In this document: piece after piece, positions 61,013 to 64,000 of the stretch
Numbering within the stretch: position 1 is the first letter of the stretch
Layout of the letters: each line of letters begins with the position of its first letter
Assembly: GCA_051003195.1 (NCBI GenBank)
Contig: JBPCLP010000039.1
Location: forward strand, 96,783-160,782
Reading direction: 5' to 3'
DNA length: 64,000 nucleotides
Source: Candidatus Sumerlaeaceae bacterium
GTDB lineage: Bacteria; Sumerlaeota; Sumerlaeia; Sumerlaeales; Sumerlaeaceae
Notes under the pieces: model-generated
What the model was told of the DNA's origin: nothing
Seen by the model: only the letters and a program-made list of their open reading frames with translations
Databases searched by the model: none
Program-made: the position numbers and the translations under genes

Positions 61013-62959
61013 TTGTTGCGTAAGAAGAGCATAATTCACACGGATATCGCGATTGCAGGTGGCGGCAGCGGGGGTACAGCCGCGGCTATTCAGGCTGCTC
61101 GCATGGGCGCCAGCGTGGTGCTGGTTGAGGAGACGCCGTGGCTGGGTGGGATGCTGACGTCGGCAGGCGTTGTTGCTTTTGACGGCAATCTTTGCACGCT
61201 TACCTGCGGGTTTTATCGCGAGGTGGTGAAGGAAATTGAGCTCCACTACGGCGGCCCGGCGAAAACGGCCCCAGGCTGGGTGACCAGTACCGCATTTGAG
61301 CCGCGTGTGCTTGCGGGAATTTTTGAGAAACTCGTTCGGAACGAGCAGGGCATCACGGTGTTCTTTGAATGTGAAGTAACAGGCGCCATTCGGCAGGACA
61401 ACCGGGTCACAGGCTTTTCCTTCCGCGACAGGAACGGGGAGGAATTCGAAGTTCACGCCCGCACCGTCATGGATGGCACCGAATTCGGCGAGTTGATCCA
61501 GCAGGCCGGAATCGAGTTCCGCTTTGGTCGTGAGGACCGTGCGACAACAGGAGAGCCCGACGCGCCCGAAAAAGCGGACCTGGAAATCCAGGACATCACG
61601 TACGTCGCAATCTTAAAAGATTATCAGCGCGCGTATAATCGCATGGCGCCGCCTGTCGAAAAGACAGCGGATTATGATCCATCTCATTTCAGCAACTCGA
61701 CCGCAGTGGACGCGGACGCCCCCGAAAACCACGACCACACGCTGCATACCTGGGAAACGTTCATCGATTACGGCAAGCTTCCTAACCTGAAAACCATGAT
61801 CAACTGGCCGTTCCATGCGAACGACTTTCCGGATGCGCTGTCGTGTTTTGACCGGCAGACCCGTCCGGATGCATATCGTCGCGCAAAAGCGCACACGCTT
61901 AATTATATCCACTATATCCAGACGGTGCTCGGTCACCCGGAGCTCGGAATCGCGGACGACGAGTTTCCAACCGAAGACGCTCTTCCGTTCATGCCCTACG
62001 TGCGGGAAACGCGGCGCATTATTGGCGACGTCGTGATGCGCGAGCAGGATGTGCTGCCGACCGAAGGAAACGGAGTGCGCCCGCCGCTGCAGAAAAGTTC
62101 CATCGCCGTCGGCGACTACTTTCTCGATCACCACCATGCGCGCGCACATCCGGGTCACCCGAATTATTTTCATGAGAAGTACCCGTTGAATGCTACTTTC
62201 CAGGTGCCGTTCGGCGTCTTTTTCCCGCGTGGGATCGACGGCTTCATGGCCATAGAGAAGAGCATTTCTGTTACACATATTGTAAACGGATGCACACGTC
62301 TGCAGCCCATCGTACTGCTGATGGGCCAGGCGGCGGGAGCTTGCGCCGCAATGGGGCTGCGCGATAACGTGGAGCCGCGCAATGTGAACCTTCGAAAGTT
62401 GCAGGAGTTCCTGCTGTTGCGCGATGTAATGCTCTATGCGTACGAAGACCTGGCAACGTATGAACGCGAGTTCCTGGAAGCGCAAAAGCTCGCGCTTGCG
62501 GGGGTCGTGCTGGATGGCGAAACCTTCCAGTATGGCAAAAGCCGCCCTGTAACCTGGGATATGGTAGCGGAACTACTGGTGAAAGCCGCGGGTGGCAAGG
62601 TGCTGCCATCCGGAACCGAGAAGGGCGCCTACCGCACACATTTGAAACAGCTCGCACAGGGAATTTCCGAACTCGACTTTTCCGCACCCGGATCGTTTGC
62701 GGGCAAGCCGACCCGCAGCGAGCTGGCCCCGGTGTTCTGCCGCGCGCTGGAGCTTCAGCCAAGCGACGAAGTGACCATCCGGTTCCTCGACATGCCGCAC
62801 ACGCACTGGTCCGCAAAGTGGATTCAGCCGTTATACGAACGCGAGCTCTACGATGGAATCTGGCACGTAAACTTTGAACCGGATGCCGAAGTTCCGCGCT
62901 GGGAACTTGCCCTCATGATCGACCGCGCGTTTGATCCGTTCCACCGATTGCCAATATAA
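61013..62959 (+). CDS. FAD-dependent oxidoreductase (PF12831-like) with SLH-like C-terminus
   Basis: IAGGGSGGTAAAIQAARMG, DGTEFGE, PYVRETRR, SVTHIVNGCTRLQP..GQAAG; FLDMPHTHWSAKWI...FEPDAEVPRWELA. Confidence 0.85.
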   Translation: MLRKKSIIHTDIAIAGGGSGGTAAAIQAARMGASVVLVEETPWLGGMLTSAGVVAFDGNLCTLTCGFYREVVKEIELHYGGPAKTAPGWVTSTAFEPRVLAGIFEKLVRNEQGITVFFECEVTGAIRQDNRVTGFSFRDRNGEEFEVHARTVMDGTEFGELIQQAGIEFRFGREDRATTGEPDAPEKADLEIQDITYVAILKDYQRAYNRMAPPVEKTADYDPSHFSNSTAVDADAPENHDHTLHTWETFIDYGKLPNLKTMINWPFHANDFPDALSCFDRQTRPDAYRRAKAHTLNYIHYIQTVLGHPELGIADDEFPTEDALPFMPYVRETRRIIGDVVMREQDVLPTEGNGVRPPLQKSSIAVGDYFLDHHHARAHPGHPNYFHEKYPLNATFQVPFGVFFPRGIDGFMAIEKSISVTHIVNGCTRLQPIVLLMGQAAGACAAMGLRDNVEPRNVNLRKLQEFLLLRDVMLYAYEDLATYEREFLEAQKLALAGVVLDGETFQYGKSRPVTWDMVAELLVKAAGGKVLPSGTEKGAYRTHLKQLAQGISELDFSAPGSFAGKPTRSELAPVFCRALELQPSDEVTIRFLDMPHTHWSAKWIQPLYERELYDGIWHVNFEPDAEVPRWELALMIDRAFDPFHRLPI

Positions 62960-63049
62960 GTACTCTATCCTTCCATGCCGATAAAAACTGGCAGGTGGAT
63001 TTTGCCGATGCGCCATCTGGCCAACAGCGATTACAACCGGGGGGAAACG

Positions 63050-63766
63050 ATGATCATGCTCGTGAAAGTTATCCGCTGCATTAACCTGGCTACTGTGCTC
63101 TTACTGGCCATGCCGGTTGCGGCGCAGCGCCAGGAGCAAGTTGCCCAGACCACTGCAACCCAGGAAGGCACCAGCTTTACTCTCACGTACGTCGATCGCT
63201 GGCTGCCGGAATCCGTGCAACGCGACCGCAAAGCCACGGCCACAGTCGATATGATCATGCTGCACTTTTGCAGCGACTGCATTGCAAACCCGGACAATCC
63301 CTACAACGTCGACAGGATCGTGGAAATTTTCACGAGCTACACGGTATCGGCGCATTACCTGATCGGTCGCGACGGCGTTGTTTACCGGTTTGTGCCGGAG
63401 AGCAAAGTCGCCTTCCACGCCGGACGCGGCAAGCTGGAGTGGATGCCCGATCGCGCGAACCAGTTGAACGAGTACGCGATCGGGATTGAGATGCTCAATG
63501 TTGGTACGTGGAAAGACATGCAGATCTTCATGTCGAAGGAGAAGTACGACGCGTTTGCGGAAAAACATCCTGATTGGATCGGCTATACCGACGCACAGTT
63601 TGCCGCACTGGACGCACTGATCTCCGATATTCGGAAGCGCCATCCCGCAATCTGGTTCGATCGAAAACACATCGTCGGTCATTCGGAATATGCAGGTGTG
63701 GGCCGGCGGACCGACCCGGGTGAACTGCTGGATTACGCCCGCGTCGGACTGCCAAAAACGCAGTAG
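63050..63766 (+). CDS. Secreted AmpD-like N-acetylmuramoyl-L-alanine amidase
   Basis: IMLHF, VSAHYLI, AFHAG, IGIEM, GHSE, TDPG; signal peptide from ATG 63050. Confidence 0.9.
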   Translation: MIMLVKVIRCINLATVLLLAMPVAAQRQEQVAQTTATQEGTSFTLTYVDRWLPESVQRDRKATATVDMIMLHFCSDCIANPDNPYNVDRIVEIFTSYTVSAHYLIGRDGVVYRFVPESKVAFHAGRGKLEWMPDRANQLNEYAIGIEMLNVGTWKDMQIFMSKEKYDAFAEKHPDWIGYTDAQFAALDALISDIRKRHPAIWFDRKHIVGHSEYAGVGRRTDPGELLDYARVGLPKTQ

Positions 63767-63882
63767 TGTTCCTATTTTGACGTGCTGCCTGCGTGCGTCT
63801 CCGCAACTCCGGAGGAGGGCCGTTGCTCGATGTGCCATGCTGGGCAACAAGCAAATTCGGCAAAACATTACGAATTTTACCA

Positions 63883-64000
63883 CAGAGGCACAGAGACACA
63901 GAGTATGCACCGAGTTGCTTATTGTGCATAACGTGGTAAGAACCCTTACAAATTGAAGAAGTGTTTTCCTCTGTGAAAGCTCTGAGTCTCTGTGCCTCTG
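63883..64000. repeat. Inverted repeat pair of CACAGAG-type units (runs off window)
   Basis: CAGAGGCACAGAGACACAGAG (63883-63903) vs CTCTGAGTCTCTGTGCCTCTG (63980-64000), 20/21 match. Confidence 0.8.

Overview
GC-rich bacterial chromosomal window, mostly housekeeping and accessory genes; no rRNA, tRNA, CRISPR array or transposase was recognised. A prepilin-like N-terminus (GFTLIELLIVVAIIAILAAIAVPNFLEAQTRSKVSR) and a protein ending in VEEWSLF suggest a Sumerlaeota/BRC1-like lineage (inference only). Recognisable genes: sucA-sucB, pyrG, gyrA, fabG, pta, a LacI regulator, a Ser/Thr kinase, FHA proteins, an FHA-GGDEF cyclase, a hybrid histidine kinase, two GT-C glycosyltransferases and several secreted cell-wall enzymes, three of which share a golvesin-like C-terminal domain. 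The most unusual content is non-coding: (1) a four-helix-bundle gene enclosed by long inverted arrays of TCCGCAC-type heptamers punctuated by a 10-mer, with orphan copies elsewhere, one at the breakpoint of a truncated cytochrome c peroxidase; (2) about 11 copies of a ~100-bp hairpin MITE-like element that forms tandems and mosaics; (3) a second structured REP-like element nested in the first; (4) empty inverted-repeat shells. Also seen: a large S8/S53-like protease-CARDB gene broken by one in-frame TAA, and a 47-aa membrane ORF coupled to sucB that the ORF track omits.
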